Positions 35,777 to 45,109 of a stretch of 64,000 bases of DNA are shown here, one piece after another. The DNA is from Escherichia phage 4E10. The translations under genes were made by a program, and so were the position numbers. The notes beneath the pieces were generated by a model, which was not told the DNA's origin, did no database searches, and saw only the letters and a list, made by a program, of their open reading frames with translations. The stretch's first letter is position 1; each line of letters opens with the position of its first letter. The stretch lies in the sequence record OQ689735.1. One strand, written 5' to 3'.

Positions 35777-36127
35777 TTAATATTCTTTTAAAGCATCAAT
35801 CTGTTTACGGCGTTCACGCCATAAATCAATTGCTTCATACGCGGATTCAGCATTTCGAATTGGACGGCATTTATATAAAGACTTGTGATTTTGATATTGC
35901 GTAGATAACGGAATTTTATCTAAAAGGTCTTTACGTTCAAAGTATTCGTAACCATCTAAGCCAAATGAACGATTTTTGAGAAATTGCCAATGACCATATT
36001 CGTTTTCGACATAAACATAATCCGCGTGTTGATAAAGCAAATTAATTACACGTTCAGAAATAATAGTGTCATTGTGATTAAAATAAAATGTTAAATCATG
36101 AACTACTAAATAAACATTACCTTTCAT
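35777..36127 (-). CDS. Hypothetical protein
   Basis: ORF track 116 aa, immediately downstream of tRNA-Arg. Confidence 0.5.
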   Translation of the reverse strand: MKGNVYLVVHDLTFYFNHNDTIISERVINLLYQHADYVYVENEYGHWQFLKNRSFGLDGYEYFERKDLLDKIPLSTQYQNHKSLYKCRPIRNAESAYEAIDLWRERRKQIDALKEY

Positions 36128-36143
36128 ATTTTCCTCACTTAAT

Positions 36144-36219
36144 TGGTCGAGGCAGTAGGGATCGAACCTACGACCTAGGACTTAGAAGGTCCTTGCTCTT
36201 CCTTCTGAGCTATGCCCCG
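36144..36219 (-). tRNA. tRNA-Arg (anticodon TCT)
   Basis: Hand-folded cloverleaf: 7-bp acceptor, D-stem GCTC/GAGC, anticodon stem AGGAC/GTCCT, loop CTTCTAA, T-loop TTCGATC, CCA encoded. Confidence 0.8.
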
Positions 36220-36223
36220 TAAT

Positions 36224-36299
36224 TGGGGTGACCGATGGGAGTCGAACCCATGACTACGAGAATCACAATCTCGAGTTCTACCAACTGAACTACGGCCAC
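36224..36299 (-). tRNA. tRNA-His (anticodon GTG); no encoded G-1
   Basis: Perfect D, anticodon (CGAGA/TCTCG) and T stems; loop TTGTGAT; discriminator C73; residue -1 is U rather than G. Confidence 0.65.
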
Positions 36300-36412
36300 A
36301 TTAATACCTACTCCAACAATCAAGATGTCTTCACACGAAATTAAGAGAAGAGTGATCAGTTCAACCCTATAATCGCGTCAAGTAGATATTAATGTGACAG
36401 TTGTCACAAATT

Positions 36413-36487
36413 TGGCGGACGTGATAGGATTCGAACCTATAACCAATCGCTTAACAGGCGATCGCTCTGCCATTGAGCTACACATCC
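36413..36487 (-). tRNA. tRNA-Asn (anticodon GTT)
   Basis: Clean cloverleaf: anticodon stem ATCGC/GCGAT, loop CTGTTAA, T-loop TTCGAAT, discriminator G, CCA encoded. Confidence 0.75.
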
Positions 36488-36491
36488 AAAT

Positions 36492-36578
36492 TGGTGGGGA
36501 GTGATGGAGTCGAACCACCCGAGTCGCAATGACAATGAATTTACAGTCCACACCGCTACCTCTACGGGATAACTCCCC
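36492..36578 (-). tRNA. tRNA-Tyr (anticodon GTA), long variable arm
   Basis: 87 nt; acceptor GGGGAGT/ACTCCCC; loop CTGTAAA; anticodon stem has two G-U pairs; variable-arm stem GTC/GAC. Confidence 0.6.
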
Positions 36579-36591
36579 TTAATTCTTAATT

Positions 36592-36666
36592 TGGTGGCCC
36601 TGGGTGGAATTGAACCACCATCTGGCGATTATGAGTCGCTTGCTTGAACCTTCCAGCTACAGGGCC
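36592..36666 (-). tRNA. tRNA with CAT anticodon (Ile-lysidine type by T4 analogy, or elongator Met)
   Basis: Acceptor GGCCCTG/CAGGGCC, loop CTCATAA, T-arm GGTGG-TTCAATT-CCACC; sits where T4 has tRNA-Ile. Confidence 0.7.
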
Positions 36667-36667
36667 T

Positions 36668-36743
36668 TGGTGCTGATTGACGGAATCGAACCGCCGACCT
36701 TCTCATTACAAGTGAGTTGCTCTACCTACTGAGCTAAATCAGC
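36668..36743 (-). tRNA. tRNA-Thr (anticodon TGT)
   Basis: Cloverleaf with loop CTTGTAA, T-loop TTCGATT, CCA encoded. Confidence 0.8.
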
Positions 36744-36748
36744 AAAAC

Positions 36749-36838
36749 TGGCGGAGGCGATAGGATTTGAACCTATGAGTCGCCGGAGCGACTGCCGGTT
36801 TTCAAGACCGGTGCATTAAACCACTCTGCCACGCCTCC
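36749..36838 (-). tRNA. tRNA-Ser (anticodon TGA), long variable arm
   Basis: 90 nt, GGAGGCGTGGCAGAGTGG...CCGGT-CTTGAAA-ACCGG; matches recalled T4 tRNA-Ser. Confidence 0.85.
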
Positions 36839-36840
36839 AG

Positions 36841-36914
36841 TCTCCATACAAGGATTTGAACCTTGGACCTCCTGATCCCAAATCAGGCGCTCTACCAAAC
36901 TGAGCTACACGGAG
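36841..36914 (-). tRNA. tRNA-Pro (anticodon TGG); 3' CCA not encoded
   Basis: Loop TTTGGGA; acceptor CTCCGTG/TATGGAG; only 2 nt separate it from tRNA-Ser, consistent with the known T4 Pro-Ser dimeric precursor. Confidence 0.8.
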
Positions 36915-36924
36915 TAAATTAAAT

Positions 36925-36998
<74 letters not shown>

Positions 36999-37003
36999 AA
37001 ATT

Positions 37004-37090
37004 TGGTGCGAGAAGTGGGACTCGAACCCACAAGGAAATCATTCCGCAGCATTTTAAGTGCTGTGCCTTTACCAATTTGACCATTCTCGC
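37004..37090 (-). tRNA. tRNA-Leu (anticodon TAA), long variable arm
   Basis: GCGAGAATGGTCAAATTGGTAAAGGCACAGCACTTAAAATGCTG...; matches recalled T4 tRNA-Leu. Confidence 0.85.
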
Positions 37091-37091
37091 G

Positions 37092-37164
37092 CTGGGAATA
37101 AAGGACTCGAACCTTTGCATCCTGGAATCAAAATCCAGTGCCTTACCAACTTGGCTAATTCCCA
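37092..37164 (-). tRNA. tRNA-Gln (anticodon TTG); 3' CCA not encoded
   Basis: Loop TTTTGAT with stem CTGGA/TCCAG; U1-A72; abuts tRNA-Leu with a 1-nt spacer (Gln-Leu dimeric precursor as in T4). Confidence 0.8.
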
Positions 37165-37233
37165 ATTATTAACAAAGGCTCTCTAACAAGAACCCTTGAT
37201 GATAGAGGGTATTAATCAGTGCGATATGAGTTA

Positions 37234-37260
37234 ATAATAACAAATAATTCTTAAAGCATA
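37234..37260 (-). promoter_or_regulatory. Candidate MotA-dependent middle promoter for the tRNA cluster
   Basis: Minus strand TATGCTTTA (MotA-box-like) then 12 nt then TATTAT, about 70 bp upstream of tRNA-Gln. Confidence 0.4.
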
Positions 37261-37261
37261 T

Positions 37262-37555
37262 TTACCATTTATGATGATACATACTTACGATGCATTCAAG
37301 ACCCAAAAGATTCTTGAAAATATCATATTCAAGAGGACCTTTTTCTGTTTCAATAAAGAAATCAAAATTTACTGTATTAAATTTACGGTCTTCCTTCACT
37401 AATTTAACCTGAGAAGATGAACGGTCAATGTAAACCTTTTCAACTTCAAAACATGTTAAAATGCCATAATCATCAATCAAGGCTTTAGCTGCTTCTTGAT
37501 CATATTTATATCCATTTTCAATGGATGATACTTTCGCATAAAGAATCATTATCAA
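37262..37555 (-). CDS. Hypothetical protein
   Basis: ORF track 97 aa. Confidence 0.5.
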   Translation of the reverse strand: MIMILYAKVSSIENGYKYDQEAAKALIDDYGILTCFEVEKVYIDRSSSQVKLVKEDRKFNTVNFDFFIETEKGPLEYDIFKNLLGLECIVSMYHHKW

Positions 37556-37932
37556 CCTTCATCAACAATAGTGTGCGTATTGGCATTTACAATTTGCCAC
37601 CAATCAAAGCGATTAGAACCATAATCTGGTTTGTTTTCATTTTCTTTGATAATGTCACGGAGTTCATCTTCGGTAGCGGCTTTCGCTATTAAATCAGCAT
37701 ATCCACCACGAGGATAATAATTATCACCTGCAAAAAGTAAAAAGTTTGGTTTAATGTTATTGAACTCTTCAAGAGTAATAACTTTTCCTGACGGTTGAAC
37801 AATCTCTACATATTTATATCCCAATTTTTGAGCAGCATCTACTGCTTCAAGCAAAGTATCATGAGCCCATCCAATTTGACAACCTGGCTTTTCAGATGGA
37901 TTAGCCTGATAATCCGCATACACTTTGTACAT
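37552..37932 (-). CDS. Hypothetical protein
   Basis: ORF track 37552..37971; ATG at 37932 (MYKVYADYQ) with AAGGTG site. Confidence 0.5.
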   Translation of the reverse strand: MYKVYADYQANPSEKPGCQIGWAHDTLLEAVDAAQKLGYKYVEIVQPSGKVITLEEFNNIKPNFLLFAGDNYYPRGGYADLIAKAATEDELRDIIKENENKPDYGSNRFDWWQIVNANTHTIVDEG

Positions 37933-37933
37933 T

Positions 37934-38119
37934 CTATTCACCTTTAGAAATTTTATCCATAACGATAGCAATTAAACCAATTAAAAATGCTACTACAAGT
38001 GAAAACACATTTTCTGCTGTAGTCAATAATCCGCATATAAATCCAACAAACATTGAAAAACTAAAAGCAGAAGCAGAAATTGCAATAGCAACATTTCGAA
38101 TTAATTCACAACGTTTCAT
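37934..38119 (-). CDS. Small membrane protein
   Basis: 61 aa with two hydrophobic helices; early promoter upstream. Confidence 0.45.
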   Translation of the reverse strand: MKRCELIRNVAIAISASAFSFSMFVGFICGLLTTAENVFSLVVAFLIGLIAIVMDKISKGE

Positions 38120-38147
38120 TTTATTCTCCTCGGTAGTTGATAGGGTA

Positions 38148-38177
38148 ATAGTATCACAACTAAAACCCTATGTAAAC
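38148..38177 (-). promoter_or_regulatory. T4-type early promoter (variant of conserved module)
   Basis: Minus strand GTTTAC, 18 nt, TACTAT. Confidence 0.5.
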
Positions 38178-38195
38178 AACTTTGTGAAATATTTA

Positions 38196-38483
38196 TTACA
38201 AAAGATTTTTAGCAATAATCTTGAGATGTGCCGCAGAAATGTGTTTAGCTTTAAACAACGCAGTTTCTTCAGCAGGAGAGATAATGATTGTAGCACCATC
38301 CTTTTTAGCAGACCACCCATCACCTAGGTAAACAGTACCTTTGATTTCTTCGCCATCAACCAAGCTAATCATTGGTTTACCTTCTCGTCCTTTATTTGCT
38401 TTAATAACTTCAGAAGTAAGAGTAGCTTCAGTAATAGTAGAAACCGGGGTAGTTGTAGAAGTAAACTCTTTGAAAGTTTTCAT
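38196..38483 (-). CDS. ipI: Internal protein I (head-packaged; anti-restriction in T4)
   Basis: 95 aa, MKTFKEFTSTTTPVSTITEATLTSEVIKANKGREGKPMISLVDGEEIKG...; matches recalled T4 IPI. Confidence 0.9.
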   Translation of the reverse strand: MKTFKEFTSTTTPVSTITEATLTSEVIKANKGREGKPMISLVDGEEIKGTVYLGDGWSAKKDGATIIISPAEETALFKAKHISAAHLKIIAKNLL

Positions 38484-38513
38484 TTTATTTTCCTAATTAA
38501 TTTTGATGAGATA

Positions 38514-38543
38514 ATAGTATCACTACCTCATCAGCATGTAAAC
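38514..38543 (-). promoter_or_regulatory. T4-type early promoter upstream of ipI
   Basis: Minus strand GTTTAC, 18 nt, TACTAT. Confidence 0.5.
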
Positions 38544-38555
38544 AACTTTGTGAAA

Positions 38556-39240
<685 letters not shown>

Positions 39241-39241
<1 letters not shown>

Positions 39242-39966
39242 TATAGTACCTTTAGTGTATTTTTAATTTTAGAAAAAAGTTCTTCAAGAGAACCATCGTT
39301 TGTAATTACTAAATCGCCATCACGAATTGGCAATCCAGCTTCTGTAATATGTGTATCATTGGATTTTTGACCAGGACGAACTACATGAATTACTGTAGCA
39401 CCCATCGCCCTAGCCGCATCCATTTCATGATCTTGACGAGTATCAGGAACGATATAATAATCATAACCTGAGTTAAATTTATCAAGATAATCTAAAGCAA
39501 ATAATTTTACCCAGTACATGCGGTCGAAGTTATTAACAATCAAATCCGTACCTAGGGCTTGCATCAGACGACGGACTGACCATTGATCTTCAATATTATT
39601 TATAACGTCAATAATCTTGTTAAATGCTACGGAATTAACTGATTCTTGTCCTTCGTCATCAAAAACAAACACACCTTTAATTGGGCTTTTACCATTAAGA
39701 TAGCAAAATGCTTGTTCCATAATCGTGATTACTTCTGATTTAGTCAGATTTAAATTAGTCTCACGATCATAGTCAATTCCTTCAAACTCTTTACGAGTTA
39801 AGCAAGGATAGTCGGTGTTTACTGCAAATACTCCCCATGCATAAGCCAATGCATCCTTAATAGGACCAGCAAGTTGGTATTTAACTGCAGAATAATTGCT
39901 CATGATAAAATCAGCAGTAGTATCTTTTCCACTACGCTTTACACCGCTTAAAAAGATTAGTTTCAT
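39241..39966 (-). CDS. 1: Deoxynucleoside monophosphate kinase gp1
   Basis: 241 aa from ATG at 39966 (RBS GAGGAG): MKLIFLSGVKRSGKDTT (P-loop). Confidence 0.93.
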
Positions 39967-40015
39967 GTGTTTCTCCTCAAATTTAATTAAGATTATAACA
40001 CACAAAACTGAAGCA

Positions 40016-40546
40016 TTAAACTTCTGCTATAATTTTGCCATCTTTTTCTACTTGAAAATACGTATAAGGAATCGTTGCTGTGCATACTAAAGCTGGATCT
40101 GAATCTTCCGTATAGCTAAATTCTACTTCAGACAAGTCAGAAACCCAAGGCTTATAAAAATTTATTGACATCACGATTTCAGTTTTGCTATTATCTAAGA
40201 TGTAAAGCGTAATGTATTCAGGACCTGTTTTTTGAGCAGTATTTTCACCTGTAAGATAGTTGCTAGTTCCTAGCATCCATTCATACATTCCTATCCACGA
40301 CTTAAGTTCTTCATCAACTATAAATCTCACGATGAGTGGATCGTACTCAAATGTAGCACCTGGACGTTGTGCTCGGCCCAGTCCAAACGGCCCAGTCACG
40401 GTATCAGTAACAGGTATTCTAATTCCTGGAATAGGAACTGACTGAGCATTTAAAGTAAAAGCAGATGTAGTATTACTATGTGGTATTGATACTACAAAGT
40501 TAGTTGTATTTGCTTGGTTAAAAATTTGTTGCAGTGCTTGCGACAT
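40016..40546 (-). CDS. 3: Tail completion / sheath stabiliser gp3
   Basis: 176 aa from ATG at 40546 (RBS GAGGAA): MSQALQQIFNQANTT... Confidence 0.88.
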   Translation of the reverse strand: MSQALQQIFNQANTTNFVVSIPHSNTTSAFTLNAQSVPIPGIRIPVTDTVTGPFGLGRAQRPGATFEYDPLIVRFIVDEELKSWIGMYEWMLGTSNYLTGENTAQKTGPEYITLYILDNSKTEIVMSINFYKPWVSDLSEVEFSYTEDSDPALVCTATIPYTYFQVEKDGKIIAEV

Positions 40547-40652
40547 ATATTCCTCATAATGCTTTATAAATGTTGGTGGTATAATGGGTCTAAGTCCCTT
40601 CCATTCAATTCCAATTAGAACAAACAACAGAAAAGAATGGAAGATAATAGAA

Positions 40653-41477
40653 TTAGATATTTGACCAGACTTTGTTTGCAGAGAAACGTTTTCCTTTTGA
40701 AACGAACTGCTGAAGTGGCATCAACACAACGTTCGCCCAGTCTTTCGGGGCGATTTCAACAAGGCTACCCATAATATTACCAGGTATATATGCCTTAATC
40801 ATTTGGTCTGCACCCCTAAATCCTTTCACTTGACTCCAATCAATTTTTAATTTCGTTTTATTAGTAATAGTAGGTGTATTTGAATATTGCTTTAAAAGCT
40901 CTTCTAGAAATTGCTGACGAGCTTTAGGTGGAATATAGTGCAAGTTTAATCCATACATTAAATTATGCTTACCTAAACCAAGGTAAATTATTAAAGGAAA
41001 TTTATCCCAGTAAGGAAGAGTTTCCTTGTGTTTAGCATCATAAGCAAAAGCATATATTCGTCCCGGCTGCGGGCGAACAACTTTATGTCCTTTTACTTGC
41101 TTAATAGTTTCGGCAAACCACTTTCTGGTTTTATTATTAATTGCTGCGCCTTCATTACGAATTTTATCACGCAATGTTTGTCTGAATGAATTTATCATAA
41201 GCAGTTGTCTTTCTTGCTTATTGAGTTTATTCATTGGTTTTGATTCAAGCTTTTGAATCTTTTCAGCCGTTTTAATTCCCGAAGCATATTTTGACATTGC
41301 TGAAGTAAACGTAGAGTATTTGATTCCTCTTTCTTCAGCAAATTGCTTTCCTGTCATTCCTTTTGCTTTGGCCTTTTTATATTCAAGACCTATCTGAATC
41401 CATTTCTTTTCGTTTAATGATTGCTTAACCTTTGGAACTTGGGGAGTGCTTTCATTAATTATTTGAAAAATAGCCAT
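40653..41477 (-). CDS. 2: DNA end-protector protein gp2
   Basis: 274 aa, [17 protein letters not shown]...; TAATG overlap with gene 4. Confidence 0.9.
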   Translation of the reverse strand: MAIFQIINESTPQVPKVKQSLNEKKWIQIGLEYKKAKAKGMTGKQFAEERGIKYSTFTSAMSKYASGIKTAEKIQKLESKPMNKLNKQERQLLMINSFRQTLRDKIRNEGAAINNKTRKWFAETIKQVKGHKVVRPQPGRIYAFAYDAKHKETLPYWDKFPLIIYLGLGKHNLMYGLNLHYIPPKARQQFLEELLKQYSNTPTITNKTKLKIDWSQVKGFRGADQMIKAYIPGNIMGSLVEIAPKDWANVVLMPLQQFVSKGKRFSANKVWSNI

Positions 41478-41929
41478 TATGCCCCCTTAAAGCCAAGAGC
41501 TCGTAATCCATCTTCTGTTAGAATTCTAAATTTTATTCCACGCTTTTCAGCTAAAGATTGCGCTGCTTTCCATTTGTCAGTATTAACTGAATATGTATAA
41601 ATTTCATTCATAAATCTTTTCTTCGCTGCGGTTGTTAGATGTGCTGGTTTAACTGGTGGTTGTGTTTCTTTTTTAGGTTTTATTTCAATAAAAAATTCTT
41701 GTCCAGAAGAATCTTTCATCCAAATATCCATGAAGTATCTACGTTTTTTCCCTTCTGCATTACAAAAATAAGGAATTACTGCTGTTTCACTACCCCATGC
41801 AATAATTTCTGGATTTTTATCTAACCATTCAAAAAAGAATTTTTCCCAATTTGATCTATACGTAATTTTTTTAGGGTCACCTCTATACTTTGATATATTT
41901 TTAGGAACCCATTTTCCAGAATATGCCAT
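41477..41929 (-). CDS. 4: Head completion protein gp4
   Basis: 150 aa, [48 protein letters not shown]... Confidence 0.9.
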   Translation of the reverse strand: MAYSGKWVPKNISKYRGDPKKITYRSNWEKFFFEWLDKNPEIIAWGSETAVIPYFCNAEGKKRRYFMDIWMKDSSGQEFFIEIKPKKETQPPVKPAHLTTAAKKRFMNEIYTYSVNTDKWKAAQSLAEKRGIKFRILTEDGLRALGFKGA

Positions 41930-41940
41930 TGGATTCTCCT

Positions 41941-41948
41941 TATAAATA
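41941..41948 (+). promoter_or_regulatory. Late promoter (-10 TATAAATA) for gene 53
   Basis: Exact TATAAATA 29 bp upstream of the gene 53 ATG. Confidence 0.65.
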
Positions 41949-41955
41949 GATAATA

Positions 41956-41963
41956 TATTTATA
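41956..41963 (-). promoter_or_regulatory. Late promoter (-10 TATAAATA, minus strand) for gene 4
   Basis: Plus-strand TATTTATA is minus-strand TATAAATA, 27 bp upstream of the gene 4 ATG; divergent from the gene 53 promoter. Confidence 0.6.
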
Positions 41964-41976
41964 AACAGGAGGGCCC

Positions 41977-42567
41977 ATGCTCTTTACATTTTTTGATCCG
42001 ATTGAATATGCGGCCAAAACGGTGAATAAAAACGCGCCGACTATTCCTATGACAGATATTTTTAGAAACTATAAAGACTATTTTAAACGCGCTCTTGCGG
42101 GATACCGCTTACGTACTTATTATATCAAAGGTTCACCACGCCCGGAAGAATTAGCAAATACTATATATGGAAATCCACAGTTGTATTGGGTTTTATTGAT
42201 GTGTAATGATAATTATGATCCGTATTATGGATGGATTACTTCACAAGAAGCAGCTTATCAAGCATCTATACAAAAATACAAAAATGTAGGTGGAGACCAA
42301 ATAGTATATCATGTGAATGAGAACGGTGAAAAATTTTATAATTTAATATCATACGATGATAATCCATATGTTTGGTATGATAAAGGCGATAAAGCTAGAA
42401 AATATCCTCAATATGAAGGAGCACTTGCTGCGGTCGATACGTATGAAGCTGCTGTTCTTGAAAATGAAAAACTTCGTCAAATAAAAATAATAGCAAAATC
42501 AGACATCAATTCATTTATGAACGACCTTATACGTATAATGGAGAAATCTTATGGAAATGATAAGTAA
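41977..42567 (+). CDS. 53: Baseplate wedge protein gp53
   Basis: 196 aa, MLFTFFDPIEYAAKTVNKNAPTIPMTDIF...; matches recalled T4 gp53; late promoter upstream. Confidence 0.93.
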   Translation: MLFTFFDPIEYAAKTVNKNAPTIPMTDIFRNYKDYFKRALAGYRLRTYYIKGSPRPEELANTIYGNPQLYWVLLMCNDNYDPYYGWITSQEAAYQASIQKYKNVGGDQIVYHVNENGEKFYNLISYDDNPYVWYDKGDKARKYPQYEGALAAVDTYEAAVLENEKLRQIKIIAKSDINSFMNDLIRIMEKSYGNDK

Positions 42568-44278
42568 TAACCTTAATTGGTTTGTCGGTGTTGTTGAAGA
42601 TAGAATGGACCCATTAAAATTAGGTCGTGTTCGTGTTCGTGTGGTTGGTCTACATCCACCTCAAAGAGCACAAGGTGATGTAATGGGTATTCCAACTGAA
42701 AAATTACCATGGATGTCAGTTATTCAACCTATAACTTCTGCAGCAATGTCTGGAATTGGAGGTTCTGTTACTGGACCGGTAGAAGGAACTAGAGTTTATG
42801 GTCATTTTTTAGACAAATGGAAAACTAACGGAATTGTCCTTGGCACATATGGTGGAATAGTTCGCGAAAAACCGAATAGACTTGAAGGATTTTCTGATCC
42901 AACTGGACAGTATCCTAGACGTTTAGGAAATGATACTAACGTATTAAACCAAGGCGGAGAAGTAGGATATGATTCGTCTTCTAATATTATCCAAGATAGT
43001 AATCTAGACACTGCAATAAATCCCGATGATAGACCACTATCAGAGATTCCAACCGATGATAATCCAAATATGTCAATGGCTGAAATGCTTCGCCGTGATG
43101 AAGGATTAAGACTAAAAGTTTATTGGGATACCGAAGGATATCCGACAATTGGTATTGGTCATCTTATCATGAAACAGCCAGTTCGTGATATGGCTCAAAT
43201 TAATAAAGTTTTATCAAAACAAGTTGGTCGTGAAATTACTGGAAACCCAGGTTCTATTACAATGGAAGAAGCGACGACTTTATTTGAGCGTGATTTGGCT
43301 GATATGCAACGTGACATTAAATCACATTCTAAAGTAGGACCAGTCTGGCAAGCTGTCAACCGTTCTCGTCAAATGGCGTTAGAAAATATGGCATTTCAGA
43401 TGGGTGTTGGTGGTGTAGCTAAATTTAACACAATGTTAACTGCTATGTTAGCAGGAGATTGGGAAAAAGCATATAAAGCTGGTCGTGATTCATTGTGGTA
43501 TCAACAAACAAAAGGCCGTGCATCCCGTGTTACCATGATTATTCTTACGGGAAATTTGGAATCATATGGTGTTGAAGTGAAAACCCCAGCTAGGTCTCTA
43601 TCAGCAATGGCTGCTACTGTAGCTAAATCTTCTGACCCTGCTGACCCTCCTATTCCAAATGACTCGAGAATTTTATTCAAAGAACCAGTTTCTTCATATA
43701 AAGGTGAGTATCCTTATGTGCATACGATGGAAACTGAAAGTGGGCATATCCAAGAATTTGATGATACTCCTGGGCAAGAACGATATAGATTAGTTCATCC
43801 AACTGGAACTTATGAAGAAGTATCACCATCAGGAAGAAGAACAAGAAAAACTGTTGATAATTTGTATGATATAACCAACGCTGATGGTAATTTTTTGGTA
43901 GCCGGTGATAAAAAGACTAACGTCGGTGGGTCAGAAATTTATTACAACATGGATAATCGTCTTCACCAAATAGATGGAAGCAATACAATATTTGTACGTG
44001 GCGATGAAACTAAGACGGTTGAAGGTAATGGAACTATCCTAGTTAAAGGTAATGTTACTATTGTAGTTGAAGGTAATGCTGACATTACAGTTAAAGGAGA
44101 TGCTACCACTTTAGTTGAAGGTAATCAAACCAATACAGTAAATGGAAATCTTTCTTGGAAAGTTGCCGGGACAGTTGATTGGGACGTTGGTGGTGATTGG
44201 ACAGAAAAAATGGCATCTATGAGTTCTATTTCATCTGGTCAATACACAATTGATGGATCGAGGATTGACATTGGCTAA
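42551..44278 (+). CDS. 5: Baseplate hub / tail-associated lysozyme gp5 (OB fold, lysozyme domain, C-terminal beta-helix)
   Basis: 575 aa; internal lysozyme domain MAEMLRRDEGLRLKVYWDTEGYPTIGIGHLI; C-terminal VxGxxxxx octapeptide repeats. Confidence 0.95.
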   Translation: MEMISNNLNWFVGVVEDRMDPLKLGRVRVRVVGLHPPQRAQGDVMGIPTEKLPWMSVIQPITSAAMSGIGGSVTGPVEGTRVYGHFLDKWKTNGIVLGTYGGIVREKPNRLEGFSDPTGQYPRRLGNDTNVLNQGGEVGYDSSSNIIQDSNLDTAINPDDRPLSEIPTDDNPNMSMAEMLRRDEGLRLKVYWDTEGYPTIGIGHLIMKQPVRDMAQINKVLSKQVGREITGNPGSITMEEATTLFERDLADMQRDIKSHSKVGPVWQAVNRSRQMALENMAFQMGVGGVAKFNTMLTAMLAGDWEKAYKAGRDSLWYQQTKGRASRVTMIILTGNLESYGVEVKTPARSLSAMAATVAKSSDPADPPIPNDSRILFKEPVSSYKGEYPYVHTMETESGHIQEFDDTPGQERYRLVHPTGTYEEVSPSGRRTRKTVDNLYDITNADGNFLVAGDKKTNVGGSEIYYNMDNRLHQIDGSNTIFVRGDETKTVEGNGTILVKGNVTIVVEGNADITVKGDATTLVEGNQTNTVNGNLSWKVAGTVDWDVGGDWTEKMASMSSISSGQYTIDGSRIDIG

Positions 44279-44312
44279 TATACTTCCAATGAGCGCTGAT
44301 TTAGGAGAATCC

Positions 44313-44807
44313 ATGGAAGGTTCTTCTATCGACGTCACCTTTACCGCTCAATTAGAAACAGGTGAAACGTTAGTATCTATAAATATAACTAGTTATGAAG
44401 AAACTCCTGGGGTTTTAGTAGAAGAAAATCGCTTATATGGAACATATGAATCTGTATTTGGTTTCGGAAATGACGCGTTGAAATATCGTTTAGGCGATGA
44501 ATTTAAAACTGCTGCTTCATGGGAAGAACTTCCTACTGATTCTGATACTCAGTTGTATTTGTGGAAAGCTCCTCAAAACCTCCAGAAGACATTCACTTAC
44601 GAAGTAACATTAATATATGACTACCAAGAACAAAGTGAATCTGGGGGTTCTGGCAGTAATTCTAGGTCATCTTCTGATACTACTGAACCGACAGATCCTC
44701 CTGCTCCAGTAAGAAAAACTCTAGTTAAAAATTACACAAAAACTATAGTTGGAAATTGGAGTCGTTGGGCTAATAAATTGAGAAGCTATGTGTATGAGAG
44801 GCCATAA
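44313..44807 (+). CDS. 5.1: gp5.1-like hypothetical protein
   Basis: ORF track 44250..44807; ATG at 44313 with GGAG site chosen; start uncertain. Confidence 0.55.
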
Positions 44808-45101
44808 ATGTCAGGATTAAGTTATGATAAGTGTGTTACTGCTGGCCATGAAGCGTGGCCTCCAACAGTTGTGAATGCCACACAAAGTAAAGTATTCACT
44901 GGAGGAATTGCTGTTCTAGTAGCAGGCGATCCAATTACAGAACATACAGAAATTAAAAAGCCGTATGAAACACATGGCGGAGTGACACAACCTAGAACTT
45001 CTAAGGTATATGTCACTGGAAAGAAAGCTGTTCAAATGGCTGATCCAATATCATGCGGTGATACTGTGGCTCAGGCATCATCTAAAGTATTCATTAAATA
45101 G
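44808..45101 (+). CDS. 5.4: PAAR-repeat baseplate spike tip protein gp5.4
   Basis: 97 aa, [43 protein letters not shown]... Confidence 0.9.
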
Positions 45102-45109
45102 GATTTAAA

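Noticed and set aside
43990-44230. Periodic 24-nt repeats at the 3' end of gene 5
   Set aside because: They encode the known VxGxxxxx beta-helix of the gp5 needle; protein-structural repeats, not a DNA-level element.
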